From positions 62,001-126,000 of the forward strand of contig QPMI01000439.1 of the NCBI GenBank assembly GCA_004431415.1: DNA of 64,000 nt. Reading direction: 5' to 3'. Of the stretch, positions 1 through 12,207 are shown piece by piece; position 1 is the stretch's first letter, and each line of letters opens with the position of its first letter. The translations under genes and the position numbers were made by a program. Under the pieces are notes generated by a model that saw only the letters and a program-made list of their open reading frames with translations, did not search any database and was not told where the DNA came from. Source of the stretch: Cyanophora paradoxa CCMP329. Lineage: Eukaryota > Plantae > Glaucophyta.

Positions 1-5
1 AAGCG

Positions 6-2325
6 CTAGGCCGGGCCGCGGGCGCGGGCACGCACCTCCTTCGAGTACTGCCTGGGCTTCTTTCCGGCCGCCGCCGCGGCGCCCCGGGCCTTGCCGCCCC
101 TCCTCCTCCCCCGGCCGGGCTTCTTCTTCGAGCCCGGGCGGCCGGGCCCCTCCCCCTCCGCCCCCTCCGCCTCGCCGTCTCCGTCGCTCTCGGAGAGCTC
201 GACGATCTCGGGGGCCTTGGCCGCATCCTCCTCCTCCTCCTCCCGCTTGACCCTCGTCCCCGCCGAGGCTGGGGAGGAGGAGGAGGGAGGGGTGGAAGAA
301 GGGGTGGGCCCCCCCGGCCGAGAGCCCGTGGCCACGGCCGGCGCCAGCGCCTGCTTGGAGCTTGAGCTCGGGCCCGCTACGGCCGCCGCCTCCTTCTCCT
401 CCGCCTCCTCCTCCCCTTCGCTCTCCGCTTCGATCTTGGGCCGCCCCCGCCCCCGCGGCCTCCGCGCCACCTCCGCGTCCGCCTCAGCTTTTCCGTCCAC
501 GTCCGCCGATCCGCCCCCGCAGCAGCCTCCTGCCTCCTCCGCCTCCGCCGCCCCCGCCTCTCCGCCGGCCCCGCGCTGCCGCTTCCCGCCGCCGCCGGCC
601 TTCTTGGTCCCTCCTCCCCCTCGCCCTCCCCCTCCGGCGCCGAGCTCCCTCAGCCGCGCCGCGAGGTCCGCCTGCCTCAGATGAGTCAGATACAGCGCGG
701 GAGCAGCCGCGAGCAGAGCGAAACGTCAAGGGAGGGTACCTCGATTTCGGCGAACCGGATGTCGTCGCAGCCCTCGAGGGCGTACAGGGCCGACACCTCG
801 GCCCTGTACACGTCCAGGCCTGCAAAGATGGGAGATAAGGATCAGGATCAAGATCAGAAGCTTTAGCTTGGAAGGGAGCGCGCCTTCGGCCGCCCCGGCG
901 GGCGTCTCGAGGAGGAGGGGTACCCCGTCCAGCCGCGGATCGTTCATGATGCATCGGAAGGCCTGCGCGACTCACCGAAATCAGTGACGTCATTATCCGA
1001 AGGTTCTCTCAAAAGGCTTATAGTAAACTTCAACGCGCCTGCAGGCCTATGTGGCCGGCGCCGAGGTTGGCGTGGCGGTCGGCGCGGCAGCCGAGGGGCC
1101 CCGCCGAGTCGTTCAGGTGGAGCGCACGAAGGTACCTCAGCCCGACCTGCGCGCGCGCGCGGTGCGTGTACCCCCGCCCATCATCAGCGGCCGGCGCGGC
1201 GAGCCGCGAGCCGCGCGCCCGCCCGCGCGCCTTCGCATCGAACTGCGGGGGGTTACAGAGTGAGAAAAGAGGGACGGGATGCGAAAAGGGGGTACGCGCG
1301 CCTCGGACATGACGGCGGTGTACCCCTCCTGGGTCGAGATGTCGTACCCGGCGGCGAAGAGGTGGCACGTGTCGAGGCAGACGCCGACGCGCGCGCGGTG
1401 CGGCTCGTCCAGCTGCGTGCCTTCGTTCAGAGGGGGAGGGAGGGTGCGCGAGAGAAGGATAAAGAGGCAGCCGGGCGGCGGCGTTGTTCTCTTAGAGAAC
1501 CTAACATATCTAGATCCTATAAGAACCTAACAGATCCTATAAGAGAACTTATTAGAGCCTGTCAGCGGGACGCACGGCGTTGATGACGCTGGCGAGCTCG
1601 TCGAAGGTCGCCTGCGCGCGGGCGGGCGGGCGGGCAAGTGATCATGAGCACGGGCAGGCCGAGAGGACGGGGGCGGAGGGAGACCAGCCAAGCGCGCGCG
1701 CACCACGAGCTTGTCGCCCTCGCCGGCGCAGTTCTCCAGCAGCACGGCGACCTGCGGGAGCGGGGGCTCGGCTCGCGAAATCGAAGGGGCGATCGGGCCC
1801 GGGCAGGCCCATTCTACTCAGACTCCCCTTCATAGGGTCCCAGACCTTCATAGGGGGGGATACAAATGGGCCCGGGCAGGACCCTCAGAGGATTCAAACT
1901 GATTAGAGACTGCAAGGCCCGGACCTTCAGTTGCAGTCTCTTTGCTTATTAAGACTTATTACACTGTAGGCTTATAAGATTTAAAGTTATTAGAGTCTAT
2001 GAAGCCCGGACCTTCTCGGAGGCGTCGAGGGCGAGGCGGACGCTCTCCGCCACCCGCGCGTGCGCCTGAGGAACGCCGATGAACGGAAATTCAGCACTCG
2101 GAGATGGAGCAGGCCACACGACTTCTTCACTCGTCCCGCCCCTGTTGCGGAGCCGGGGCAGGCACCCCTAGGATCTAACAGGATCCTGATGGGATCTAGC
2201 CTTACTGGATCTAAAAGCCCCGGACTTGTCTCTAGGAGCGCACCTCGCCCCTCCCCTGCTTCATCGCCGAGCCGGGGTGGTACGTCCACATCCCGATCCC
2301 CAGCTGCACTCCGGGGCTCAGAGGA

Positions 2326-2364
<39 letters not shown>

Positions 2365-3794
2365 AGAGGGCGCACGGCGTCGCAGCGGCGGAGCTCGTCG
2401 GCCATCGCCTCGCGGGACTGCGGGAGCGGTCGGAGGCGCCGGCGTCAGATCAGATCAGATCAGATCAAAAGTGAGCGCCTCGGATCAAATATAAAGCGGG
2501 AACCAACAGCGGGCGGCCCCCGGGGTCTTCTAGACAGATAAGGACAAGGGAACAACTATAGCATCATATTAGATCCTATAAGATCCCAATAGCGGACCTT
2601 GGAAAGCATGTCGTCGTCGGGCGTGCCGCTGTTGATGAGGTACATGCCTGCCGCCCGCCACGGCCCCGGCTCGAGCTCGCTCCCTCCGCCGCGCTTTGCG
2701 CTGGGCGGGGCGGGGTGGGGCGGGGCGGGAAGGGGGCACCGTGTACGACGATGTGCTTCGCGGGGTCCACCCTGCCCGGCCCTCAGAAAGAGGAGGGGAG
2801 GAGGAGAGAAAGGGGAGGGGGGTACGAGTGCACCCGAAGCGGGCGCAGGTGGATTTGAAGCGCGCGATCTCGTCCTCCTTCAGCGCGGGGCTCTTCCACT
2901 TGTGCGAACGGAGCTTTAGGCTACGGGAGGGGTACAGGCGGGCGGGCAAGGGCGCGCACGCTCATCTTCTGGCGGGTGAAGAGGGCGAGGGCGCGGCCGC
3001 CGAGGCAGACCATGCGCAGGACGGCCCTATCCGCCCCGCCCTCCTTCGACACGTGCGCCCCAACGAGTTTCCTTGACTGCTCTGCGGCCCCGGCGCGGGC
3101 GTCAGCCCCGCGCGGCCGAAGCATTCTAAGCTGGAGCAGCTGGCGCGCGCACCGCGGGGCAGGCTCAGCCGGATAGCGTACTGCTCCTCTGCGGCCTGTG
3201 CGCTGATTGCTGCGCGGGGGCGGCTGCGGTCAGAGGCGGCGGCGCGGAGCTGCGGGCGCTGCGGCTCATGATCAGAATTAGATCCCGGACCTTCCGCCTT
3301 CTTCGAGCGGGCCGGCGTGCGCTGCTTCCGCGGCGTCGGCGGCGCTTCGGAAGAAGACGCGGACGCCGCCTCGCTTCCCTCCGCCTCGCCCGGACGCTCC
3401 GCATCGTCCTCCTCCTCCTGCTTCACGTGCACAGCGCTGTCCTCTGCTGGAGCGCTGCTGGTCCGCGCCGGGCGCCTCTTGCTGGGCTTGCTCGCCGGCG
3501 GCTCCTCGCTGGCCTCTTCCCGCTCCTCTGAGCGTGAGCCGCGTCCCTTCCCGCGGCCGGCCCCGCGCGACGCGCCTCGGCTCCGGCTGCCACGCCCCCC
3601 GCGCTTCGCTGGTTCGCGCGCGCGCTTCTTCTTCGCGCTCCCGCGCTCCTCCTCTGCGCGTACGCTTCAGAGGCGAGCCAGCGAGCCGCGTGGGGCACAC
3701 CGCTCGCTTCGGGCTCCGGCTCCTCCGCGGCGCTCGAATCGCTCGCTTCTTCGCTCTCCGACGGCGGTGCTCTCTTCGCTGCCTTCCGGGCCAT
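6..3794 (-). CDS. APN1: AP endonuclease, endonuclease IV (Apn1/Nfo) family; multi-exon, with acidic/basic extensions and an AT-hook-like motif; 3' end probably continues beyond the window
   Basis: Spliced motifs [16 protein letters not shown]|[77 protein letters not shown] and VPLLLETP match the endonuclease IV Zn-ligand pattern. ATG at 3794. A probable GT donor follows ...YSKE near position 35. Confidence 0.93.
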
Positions 3795-3899
3795 GCTCCT
3801 TTCGGCGCAGGTTTTCGCTTGCCGGGTACACGAACTCCCCCAAGCTAAACACGACGCAAGCTACGCAGACCAGCCCAGCGGCCGAATGAGCGCTAGGAG

Positions 3900-6138
3900 A
3901 TGACGTGGGTGCTGTCTATGCTGGCCAACCAGGCCGCGGCCGGGCCCGAACAGAGCCGAAGGTGCGCTCCTGCGGGCCGCGCCGGCTGGTCGCCGCGGGG
4001 TCGCTCAAACATCCCGAGCAGGCCTGGCTATGCCCCGCCTTACTCCTACGGCGAGCGCCACGGTGCGGGGCGCCGCGTGGCAGTTTCTGAGTGCGGCGGC
4101 GCGGACCTGACCCCTGAGGCAGAGCCGGCGATGAGCCCGCTCTTCGAGGGACCGGAGAGGACGCTGGGCGATGCGGGCGTCTACTCGCCGGTGTCGCCCA
4201 CGGGCTACTCGCCGGCCCCGCAGCGCCCGACGGGCTCCACGCCCATAGGCGTGGCCCCGGTCGCGGGCAAGCAGCGCCCGAAGAACAGCAGCTCCCGTCC
4301 CGGTCCGAAGGTGGCGCTCCGCCGGAGCACGAGCGACCTGCGGCAGCCGGCGCCGGACCGCTCCCAGCAACAGATCTCCAAGGTGGGCGGCGCGGCGCGG
4401 CGCGGCGCGCTCGTGCGGGCGGCATCTGACCGCAGCGCGCGCGCGCAGTCTCAGTCCGTGGACGCGCTCACGCCGCTGAGGCAGGCGCACGCCCAGTCGC
4501 AGGCCCGCGGGGCGTCCTACAGCCCCTCCACCGCCCTACAACAGCAGCAGCGGATGTACGCCCCGGTGTCTCTGCCGCCGCCGCCGCCGAACCGCAGCAG
4601 CCCGGCCTCCCTGCAGCCTCAGCCGCAGCCGCACGGGAACAGCTTCCTGCAGCTGGAGCCGCTGCTGCCCTCGGCGGAGGAGGCGGAGCGCCTGCGGCGG
4701 GAGGTGGAGCGGCTGGAGACGGAGAAGGGCGCCGGCGTGAGGCAGCTGCAGGCGGCGCTGGAGCAGGTCCGCTGGCTCCAGCTCCAGGTCGACCGCGCCC
4801 AGGTGCGAGGGGCGGGGGCGGGGCGGGGCGGGCGGGCGGGGGCGGGCCGGGGCAGGGGCGGGGCGGGCGACTCGGCAAGGGCGCCAGCGAGAGCTAATCA
4901 TGAGATAATCAGAGAGAGGTGCGAGGGGCGGGCCGGGGCGGGCCGGGTCGGGGCGGGCGAGGGTGCCAGCGAGAGCTTAGCTTTCCCTTCCTCCTGAGCG
5001 GTCGTCTATCGTGTCTCATGTCACGCTTCTCGACGCACCTCTTACTATCCTCTAAAGCGTTCTGCCCGCCTTCCTTCGCACCATCTCTCAGCGTGTCTCA
5101 TCTAGAGCGCCCTGTCCGCCCTGTCCCCGGCACCCGCGATCGCCTCTGATTCGGTACCCCCCCCCCCGCGGCAGGTGGAGAAGCAGACGGTGCGGCAGCA
5201 GAAGGAGGAGCTGGAGCTGCGGCTGCGGGCGAAGGAGGCGGCCGACAAGCGCCGCGTCGTGAGCGCCGTCAAGGAGGCCTCCGTCGAGCTGTCGAACCTG
5301 AAGACTCAGGTGACCGAGATCACCAAGGTGCGAACGAAGTTAAATAGTGCGGGGGGTAGACGGCGTTTTGATGCGTGGGTGTGCGCGCGCAGGTGCTGAA
5401 GACTCTGCTGGCGGCGGAGGCGAACGGTCCTCAGGAGGGGGCGAACGGTCCGGCGGCCCTCGCCGCGACGCACCGGTCGGTGGCGCCGGCGACGGCGCGC
5501 GGCGCAGGCCGCGGGCCCGCCCCGCGGACGGCCGGCGGCGGCGGCCGCGCGGCGGCGGGCGCGGCGGGCGCGGCGAGGCGGGGCGGCGGGCCGGCGCGGG
5601 GGCCGGGGCCGGGGCGGGCGGCGGCGGTGGCGGCGCGGGGAACGCGGACCGGGAGGCGACCGTTGCCCGCCTGGTGGGGGAGGTGAACGGTCTCCTGGCG
5701 AAGATCGCGGCCCGCCGCGGCGGCGGGTCGCCCCTGGGCCGCATCTTCGCAGACGCGCGCTCGGGCCTCGCCCCGCCCGAGGCGCCCCCGGGCGGCGGGG
5801 GCGGGGGCGAGTCGGACTGGCAGCGGCCAGCGACGGGATCGAGCGGCGAGCCGGACGGGTACGCGTACGACGGCAACGTGTCCCCCGGCGGGGCGGCGGG
5901 GTACCCCCACGGACACGGGCACGGACAGGGGCACGGGGTACCCTCCACGTCCCGATCCGTTAACTTCCCCCCCCTGGCCGCCCCCGCCCCCGCCCCCGTC
6001 CCCGCCCAGGGGGTCTACACCGCCCCCCTCTCCGCCCCCGTCGCCCAGTCCTGGGTACCCCTGGGCGCCGGCTCCCGCGCCCCCGCGGCGTACCCCCCGC
6101 AGCCCCGGGGCCCTCCCCCGCGGGTGGCCCACAGGTAG
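3900..6138 (+). CDS. Hypothetical protein: Ser/Pro-rich N-terminus, central coiled coil, Pro-rich tail; multi-exon
   Basis: ORF 3900-4802 with a GT donor after DRAQ. Exon 5175-5327 (VEKQTVRQQKEELELRL...) has AG/GT boundaries. Heptad-like EAERLRREVERLETEK. Stop TAG at 6138. The start ATG is uncertain. Confidence 0.6.
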
Positions 6139-6396
6139 CCCGGGGCCGGGCCGGGCCCCGCGTGGCCTTCTAGTTCCTTGTTGTAGTGGCTATATAGAGG
6201 CCGGCCGGCGCCACCTCTCGTTCCACAGCTAGTACTAGTGGATGCGTTGTCATTTGATTAATTTCATCAACGTTAACGTTGCAAGCGGGGCCGCCGCTAG
6301 CTTTAGGCCTAGCTATAGACCTAACGCTAGCTAACAGCTGCAGCCGGCTCCTCGGGCCGGCAGCGCCCTGGCCTGGCAGCGCCTCGGGCCTTCCTC

Positions 6397-6468
6397 GCAA
6401 CTATCCTAGTACTAAAGGATATATATACAGTGCAACTATCCTAGTACTAAAGGATATATATACAGTGC
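6397..6468. repeat. Perfect 35-bp tandem duplication (GCAACTATCCTAGTACTAAAGGATATATATACAGT x2)
   Basis: Read directly: 6397-6431 is identical to 6432-6466. Confidence 0.95.
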
Positions 6469-7153
6469 GTTAAAAAATATAATCAGCTCGCGATCGTTTG
6501 ATTAATATTTCGATCCCTTATATGACCTTATGACGATATATATGATCAATCACTTAAATTGCAGATCTAGAGGAGATCGGGGGGGGGGGGGGGGAAGGGG
6601 GGGGGGGCGGGCTTCAAGGAAGAAAATCGCCGGCCTCTGCAGCTGTACGCCGGCCGCACGCGGGCACACTTAAGCTTCCAGCCCAGCCCGGCGCTCAAGG
6701 CATTTCGGAGAGCGAGCTTTGGGCGCGCACCACTCTACGAGCGCCTTGTGGCTCCGGAGATCTAGAGCGTGCCGCGCAGTGCTCTTCGAGAACTTGGAGA
6801 GCGAACTATAGCCGGAGAGAGCTCGAGCCCGTGGAAAGTGGTTTCGTACGTTAATTCGTCGCGTGGGTCCTCGAAATGCGCGTGCATGCGCGAGCTCTTA
6901 TTTGACCGCGGTCACGTGCGCGTACGCGTACGCGTACACCCGCGCGTGGCCGAACGCTATACACTCATATATATTATTAACGCGCTGATCAGAACGCGTA
7001 GAAGGCGCGCGCGCTGCAGCGAGGGAGCAGGGAGCCTCGATCGGCGGTCCGTGGCAACTCGCAATCATTGAATCGCCATCCATTGGCGCTAAAGCTTCCT
7101 AGGCTTGACCTCTTCGAGCAGCCATTAATTTGAATCGAGTAAACATCGATATC

Positions 7154-10100
7154 ATGGCAGCGCCTCCAGCAATGGACTTCCGCGCGATCGAGGGCGTTCG
7201 CGACAAGCTCGAGCTCGAGCTCGAGGGCGATCGCATTTGCGACGAGATCGAGGGCAAGGATCGCTCTCACGATCGTGATCATGAGGTGCTCGCGGTCGGA
7301 GCTTAAGCTTGTATGCATTTCTATATATATTGATTTTAGGTCACGATCCGTGACCAGGACGACAATCGCGATCGCGAGCAGGACGACAACGATGATGAGG
7401 ACGAGGAGGGCAAGGGCGAGGATGAAGAGGTGCTTATCCGCCGGGCCGATTAAATGCGACATTTTTCTCTATTCGAATTCCCGGTCACAGTCTCTAAACG
7501 CCAGCACTGCGGAAAGCCGTATCTCGAAATAATTATATAAATATGTTAAAAACATTTGAAACGATGCACGCCGCAGTACTTGGAACTGGAGTTCAGATGC
7601 CCGTGTACCGAAGGCAACCATCAGTGCGGCAGCCATAAAAACAATCGCGATCGTGTGCGCGCTTTATTATTTCAGGTGAAGTTAATGCCCTTTGCTGTTC
7701 AGGTTGGCAGGTGAATCCCGTTCCTGGGAGTGCAAGCACCAGTGCACGTGTTGGCAGTGCGAGGAGGCACGCTCGCCGGCTGCAGACGCAGCGGCTTGCT
7801 TCTGCGTCGGCTTTATCCGCCACCTAGAGACGATGGCACCGCCAGATGACGGCCGCTTGGAGGCCTGCATTTCTCAGTGGCAGGTGAATTCGCTTTCAAA
7901 TCCACAACTTAATTATAATGACGATTAACCGGACCCTGTGTCCGATATACAATCTGCGTGCCATGCAAACTACTATATCGATCGTTCGGTCAATTGCCAT
8001 GGAAATAGCTCCGGGATGGGTGTTTGAGGCCTTCGGATCCGGGCCCATAGAATTAATTGTATATAATTCAATTATACGGTCGCAGGAAGAACTTGAAACA
8101 TGCATCGCCAGGCGGGGAGAACAGGGGCTCGCATCGGTTACGTACGCGCTCCGACTCGCCCGCCTGTTCCGAAATTTGCACATGCATGTCGAAGTTTTTG
8201 AGCTTTACCAGGCGCGTTTTGTTTAAGTATCAAAGTGAAACTGTGATTTGATTTCATGTGCAATCGCAGCGCTTTCTTTTCCCCCGCCTCACGGATGGAG
8301 AGTGCCGGAAGGAGCTTCTTGGTGCTGCTTCGGAGGAGGTGCTCTCGGAGCACATACAGACTTTCTTCAAAACAGCGACGCGCATCTGTGAATGCACTGA
8401 ATGCGTGCGGTGCGGCTTTCGCATATTGCCTGCGCCAAATGCATTCGTGGCCTTTTGATTTTCCCATTTATGTGCTGTGCATGCGTAGGCGCGATCGCGA
8501 GCCTCGGCTGTGGCTGTGCACGTATCGATGCGGGTGTCGAGAGTGCGTGGAGGCACGTTCTCCTGCTGGGGGAGCGGCGGCACATTTTTGCAAAGACTTC
8601 ATTTTACATCTAGAAAGCACTGAAGTGGTGTTGGAGGATGCAAGCTCGCGATCGGAACTGGAGGCATGCATGGCTCGGTGGCGGGTTCGTAATTATAATC
8701 TTTTGCAATATACACATGTGTATATATATCGGGTTTCTTCACAATTCTGTGCATGTGCTAAATTTATCTTGTGCTTTCAGAGTGAACTGGAAGAGTGCGT
8801 TGCCAGACAAGGTTCAGACAGTCTGGCTTCAGACAGTCTGGCTTCAACTGCGTACGCTCTCCGACTTGCGCTTCTTTTCTTCAAAGTTGGCCCGAAGTCG
8901 AAAAGCTGCGACTTGTACAAGGTGATCATGATTAAAGCAATTGCGCTTCGGCATCAAAGCTTTTAATGATACTTTTAATGATACTTCTGCTGAACTTGGA
9001 ACTTTTAAGCGAGAACCAACCGAAAAGCAGCGATACCTGGCGCCTCGCCTTTTGGATGAAAGCAGGCGGTTTGAGCTTCTCGGCGCAGCCTCGCCAAAGG
9101 TTCTTGCGTGTCATGCTCGTTGCTACGCTTCGACGTGCTTTGCCGCCGGGGACTATTCTACTGCGAAGCACTCCGACCTGGTCTGAACTTGAGATATGCA
9201 TTATTATCTCGAGCTGAGGTTTTGCAGGCCGCGCTGGACATCTGGAAGCGGTATAGCAATGGAATTGTCATTAACGACATCGATCCTGTTTCTGCAACAC
9301 TCTGGTCACTTGCGTCAGACTGTATTAATCTGAAGGAACGCGAGGACGCATGGCAATACGTACAGGTCTGCGATATTATTTATGCATTTTCGAGTTCGGT
9401 TGCATGCCTCTAAATTCGCCTTCGCTTTGCTTTTACAGTTGGCAGTTGGTGGGGGCCGTCAGCAGCCAGCGTGCCCCTGGTGCAATATCCCTGAAGGCAT
9501 CGACTTATTTAAACTGCTTGCGGAACTTGGATGTCTGTACAGAACCGCCGGCCTCACTCAAGAAGCGGAACCGCTTCTGCAGGTGATCATGCTCATATGT
9601 ATACGTGTCCAAAAACCAATTTTCCATTTACTGATTTCTAATATTAATCGTACGCGTGATTCTACAGTTGAGTTTGGCCATTGCGGAACAAGCTTGCGCT
9701 TCCTGCAAACAGAAGAACGTCCTTGGATATGCGTATAGTTCGTTTCGCGATTTAGTTATAAAAGGGGGCCTCAGTACAGACAGAGCTTTGCTGCACTTGA
9801 AGGTCAGTACGCTACGTATACAGTGCATATCGATAAAGCTAAAGAAGCATAAACCGAACTATGGCTAAGCATAATCGGTACTACGTATTCGTTTAAATTA
9901 AACACGGGGGCACACAGGGGCTCATCGTGCTGGTGTCTAGAGACTGTGGCCGGTAAATCACCAAAAACAAATCATGATCAGCTGCAGTCGCACCTGAAAA
10001 TTGTCTCAGTCGGGGGGCAATTAATATTATTTGAACTTCCCTCATTCACAAATTCGAACATTATATAAGCACTGCCGGCGCTGCCCATTAGATGATAATA

Positions 10101-12207
10101 TGCTGGTCCGCATCTTTGATCCTTTGTTCTGCAGCGTGCGCTGTCCGAGACGGAAGGGGACGATCTCTTGGTATGCGCACTCCTTTGGAATCTCGGATTC
10201 TTCAGCACGATGGCAGTCCGACTCGGAGATGCGGCTTTGTTTTACCGCGTACGATGTTGCCCCGACATGAATCGACATGAATCTCACACTGCAGCTGTCT
10301 CTCGCAGCGAGCCGTGGAAGTTTCCGAGCGGACTTTTGGAATGCTCGACGAAGGCACGTGCACGTATGCAGAGCAGTCCTTTTTGGGACTCGAGTGTGTT
10401 CTACGAGTGAAAAAAGACTTGCCCGAAGTCGCTGCTTTTTATTATCAGGTACCATACTTTATCTTTGATATGTCGCGATCGCGATCGGTGCTCGCGGCTG
10501 TAGTTTTTGGTTAACGTTACTGATCAATGTAAACGGTGCCTATAGAAACTTCTCGAATTCATCAAACAGGCGGGGAGGCTGCCTGCTGGTATAGATAGCA
10601 ACAACCGGACTCTTGCTGAATTCGAGAAGGTTCCAATATTATGATTACTTACATCGAGAAATCGAAATTGCGATTTGGTGTCGAGTCACTCGCGCAAGCG
10701 CAGCAACTCGCTTCTAAGATGAAGCTGGAGAAGCGGCGGCAGGAGCGGGAGGAACAGAAACGGGCGCAGGCGGAGCTTGCGCGAGCGCGCGAGGAGGCCG
10801 AGCGCGTCGAGCGTGCCCAGCGCGACGTCGCGGACAGGGTCCGTGCATTCATTGATATTGTCAGCTGTCGATCTTTTGATTCAAGATTGGTTTCTCAGGA
10901 GTCGGCGGAAAAGCTCATGCAAGATTCGAACTGGGCCCGTGCCCGCTCGCTGCTCAACGCCCTTCTGAAGGTTAGGGACCGGGGAATTCTGTTCTTCTTG
11001 AATTCAAAATCCCGCTTTAAGATCAGTTGATGGCGATCTTCGTGCAGCGGTCGCCCCAAGATGCGGAGGCGCGGCTGCTCCGCATCCGTGCGTGACAAGG
11101 TCGTTTTCTTGCGTGCTAATTCTGGCCGTGAGGAAGTTTTTCCCGTGCGCTGGGCAGAGTGCATGGTGGGGGCCGGACAGCTGGACGAGGCCACGCGGGA
11201 GGTGGCGAAATGGGAGAGTCGGATCAGCGCGGCCATCGCTGAAGACAGCACCGAACTTCTTGCAAAGTGCGTGAATGGCAACGTTACACATCTAAACGCG
11301 CTCTGCCAGTGCTCACCGACACAGCAGGGTTCGGCGGCAGCGAGAGCTAGTGGAGAGCGAGCTCGAGGCTCGGAGGACGGAGCAGCAGCGGCGGGCGGAG
11401 CGGGAGCGCGAAGAGGCGGAGAGGCGGCGCGTCGAGCTCGAAGAGCAGAGGTGCCTCGAGGAGGCGGCGAGGTGCGCTGCGCAGGAGGCGGAGAGGCAGC
11501 GACTAGAGGAGGAGCAGCGGTGGGAAGAAGAGCGGCGGCGGGAGGAGGCGAGGCGAGCCGCGGCCGCCGAGGAGCAGAGGCGGCTCGTGATTGAAGAGGC
11601 GACAAGCTTAAGGCGGCGAACGGAGCGGGAGGCGCGCGACCGACCTCCTCCGCCCTGCCGCTTCTTCCCGTCGGGCGCCTGTCGCAACGGGACCCGCTGT
11701 CGGTGAGTGGCCATTTGCATGAGCGTGGGCCGAGGGGCCTCGGCACGACAGCTTTAGCCAAATATATATCCCTTGCAATTTACTCTAGATGAAGCTCTAA
11801 GTTTAAGATTCTATCACAGATTCGCCCACGTTTCCGCGGCGAACGCCCGCCCGCCCGCCCCTGAAACCACAGAGCCCGAGCCCGAGTGCGCCATCTGCCT
11901 CGACACGGCGCCGCCGCCCCGCGCGGCGGGCCGCCCCGCCGCTCGCGTCGCCCTCCGCTGCGGCCGTGCGCCTGCCCCTCCCACATTGTTTTCGAGGAAG
12001 CAATTTCGAGACTGATCATGACCCGCAGACCGCTTCCACCGGGGCTGCATGGAGACGTGGCGCGGGGGGTGCCCCTTCCGCTGCGGCGAGTCCCCTGCGC
12101 CGGCCGCGTCCGCTGCCTCCCCGGCACAGGCCCTCCGGATCCGGTCCCCGCGGCCGGCGCCCGCCGCGCCGCTGGCCGCGCCCCTGCCCCTTCCGGATCC
12201 GCCTTGA
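7154..12207 (+). CDS. Paralog A: Cys-rich/TPR-like repeats + coiled coil + CCCH zinc finger + RING-H2; putative E3 ligase; about 20 exons
   Basis: Most exons splice in frame from MAAPPAMDF; the 5' junctions at 7430-7700 are unresolved. Cys clusters WECKHQCTCWQC and WLCTYRCGCREC; TPR-like exons ending LYQ/LYK/FYR/YYQ; an E/R coiled coil; CRFFPSGACRNGTRCR|FAH (C-x7-C-x5-C-x3-H); CAICLD...CG|HRFHRGC...CPFRC. Stop TGA at 12205-12207. Confidence 0.8.
9927..9972 (+). repeat. Dispersed ~40-bp repeat, copy 1 (intronic); other copies at 27611-27667 (+) and 59058-59094 (-)
   Basis: TGTCTAGAGACTGTGGCCGGTAAATCACCAAAAACAAAT versus the reverse complement at 59058-59094, TGTCTAGAGACTGTGGTCGGTAATTCACAAAACAAAC. 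Confidence 0.8.

Noticed and set aside
6421-6468. Tc1/mariner end (TA-CAGTG), also at 9817
   Set aside because: No matching inverted terminus with a TA target duplication was found.
6989-7462. Hydrophobic minus-strand ORF resembling a membrane protein
   Set aside because: It is the antisense reading of the Asp/Glu-rich first exons of paralog A.
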